A DNA stretch of 49,408 bases, filler included, from Sphacelaria rigidula (Eukaryota), in the NCBI GenBank assembly GCA_964200075.2. It is 3 parts of 3 records of this genome, joined end to end, with 100 filler letters (N's around TTAATTAATTAA, not from the genome) between each part and the next. Parts side by side here need not be neighbours in the genome. Positions count along the whole stretch, not along the records: positions 33,008 to 49,408 come from CAXNAA020001374.1; 2 more parts are not named here. The stretch is one strand, 5' to 3'. This document shows positions 48,871 to 49,408 of the stretch, in pieces. The notes under the pieces are model-generated. The model worked only from the letters and a program-made list of their open reading frames with translations. It did not search any database and was not told the DNA's origin. The position numbers were made by a program, and so were the translations under genes. Every line of letters starts with the position of its first letter. Positions within the stretch are counted from its first letter, which is position 1.

Positions 48871-49408
48871 TGTATGTACAAAGTAAGATACGCGTTCAAG
48901 CCACGCAACAGAAAAAGCTGTTTTGTGGGTACCATGGCACGTAGAAAGGCGCCCAGCGTATCCAGAGAGGGATTATTCATTCCTCTATCGCCCAAGCTTG
49001 TCAAAATCGATAAATCGTCAAACCCAGTTGCAGAAGGAGCAGTGAAGTGTGGATCTACTGACGTGATGGAAAAAATGAGCCCAAAATACCCGATATTTCA
49101 ATGAAGACACGCTTGACGCGACAGTCAATATGTCGCGATCTGGGACGTTTCAGACCTTCCCCTTCTGTACAAATCTTCATGAGATGAGTCTGGTCCGGTT
49201 TGCAAAAAAAAAATCATTCCAACGCGGGGATGAAAATGTCCTGACCCCTTGCTTTCGGAACAAATTTGCCCATAAAATTCGTGCGTCGCAACGCCATTTT
49301 CGACGAAAACTATTTTTTTTTTTTTTTTTTTTTTTTTTATTGTAAAATGTTTTTTCTTCTTTTTTTAAATTTTGGTTTTTATTTTTTTCTACGGAGGAAC
49401 TATGATTG

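Overview
Eukaryotic, intron-rich, CpG-rich genomic DNA. The GT-AG introns, closely spaced divergent gene pairs and repeat content fit a brown alga or other stramenopile (inference). The window is not one locus. It is three contigs of near-identical length (1-16406, 16507-32907, 33008-49408) joined by artificial 100-nt spacers (44 N + TTAATTAATTAA + 44 N). Contig 1 has an orphan Ser/Gly-rich gene (-) head-to-head with the 5' half of WDR75/UTP17 (+, 8 phase-consistent exons, truncated). Contig 2 has the first exon of a histidine-phosphatase/PGAM-like gene (-) head-to-head with a complete 3-exon, 328-aa RBR (RING1-IBR-RING2) E3 ligase with a C-terminal membrane anchor (+). Its 6.6-kb second intron is a nest of non-autonomous DNA transposons. 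Contig 3 has a 5'-truncated large helical-repeat plus ankyrin-repeat gene (+) with a 3948-nt exon. Introns and intergenic DNA hold tRNA-derived SINE-like elements and several MITE/foldback families. I found no convincing new multi-gene system. The best leads are the nested transposon architecture, the modular SINE family and the membrane-anchored RBR ligase. All gene models were built by hand from splice signals and reading-frame phase.
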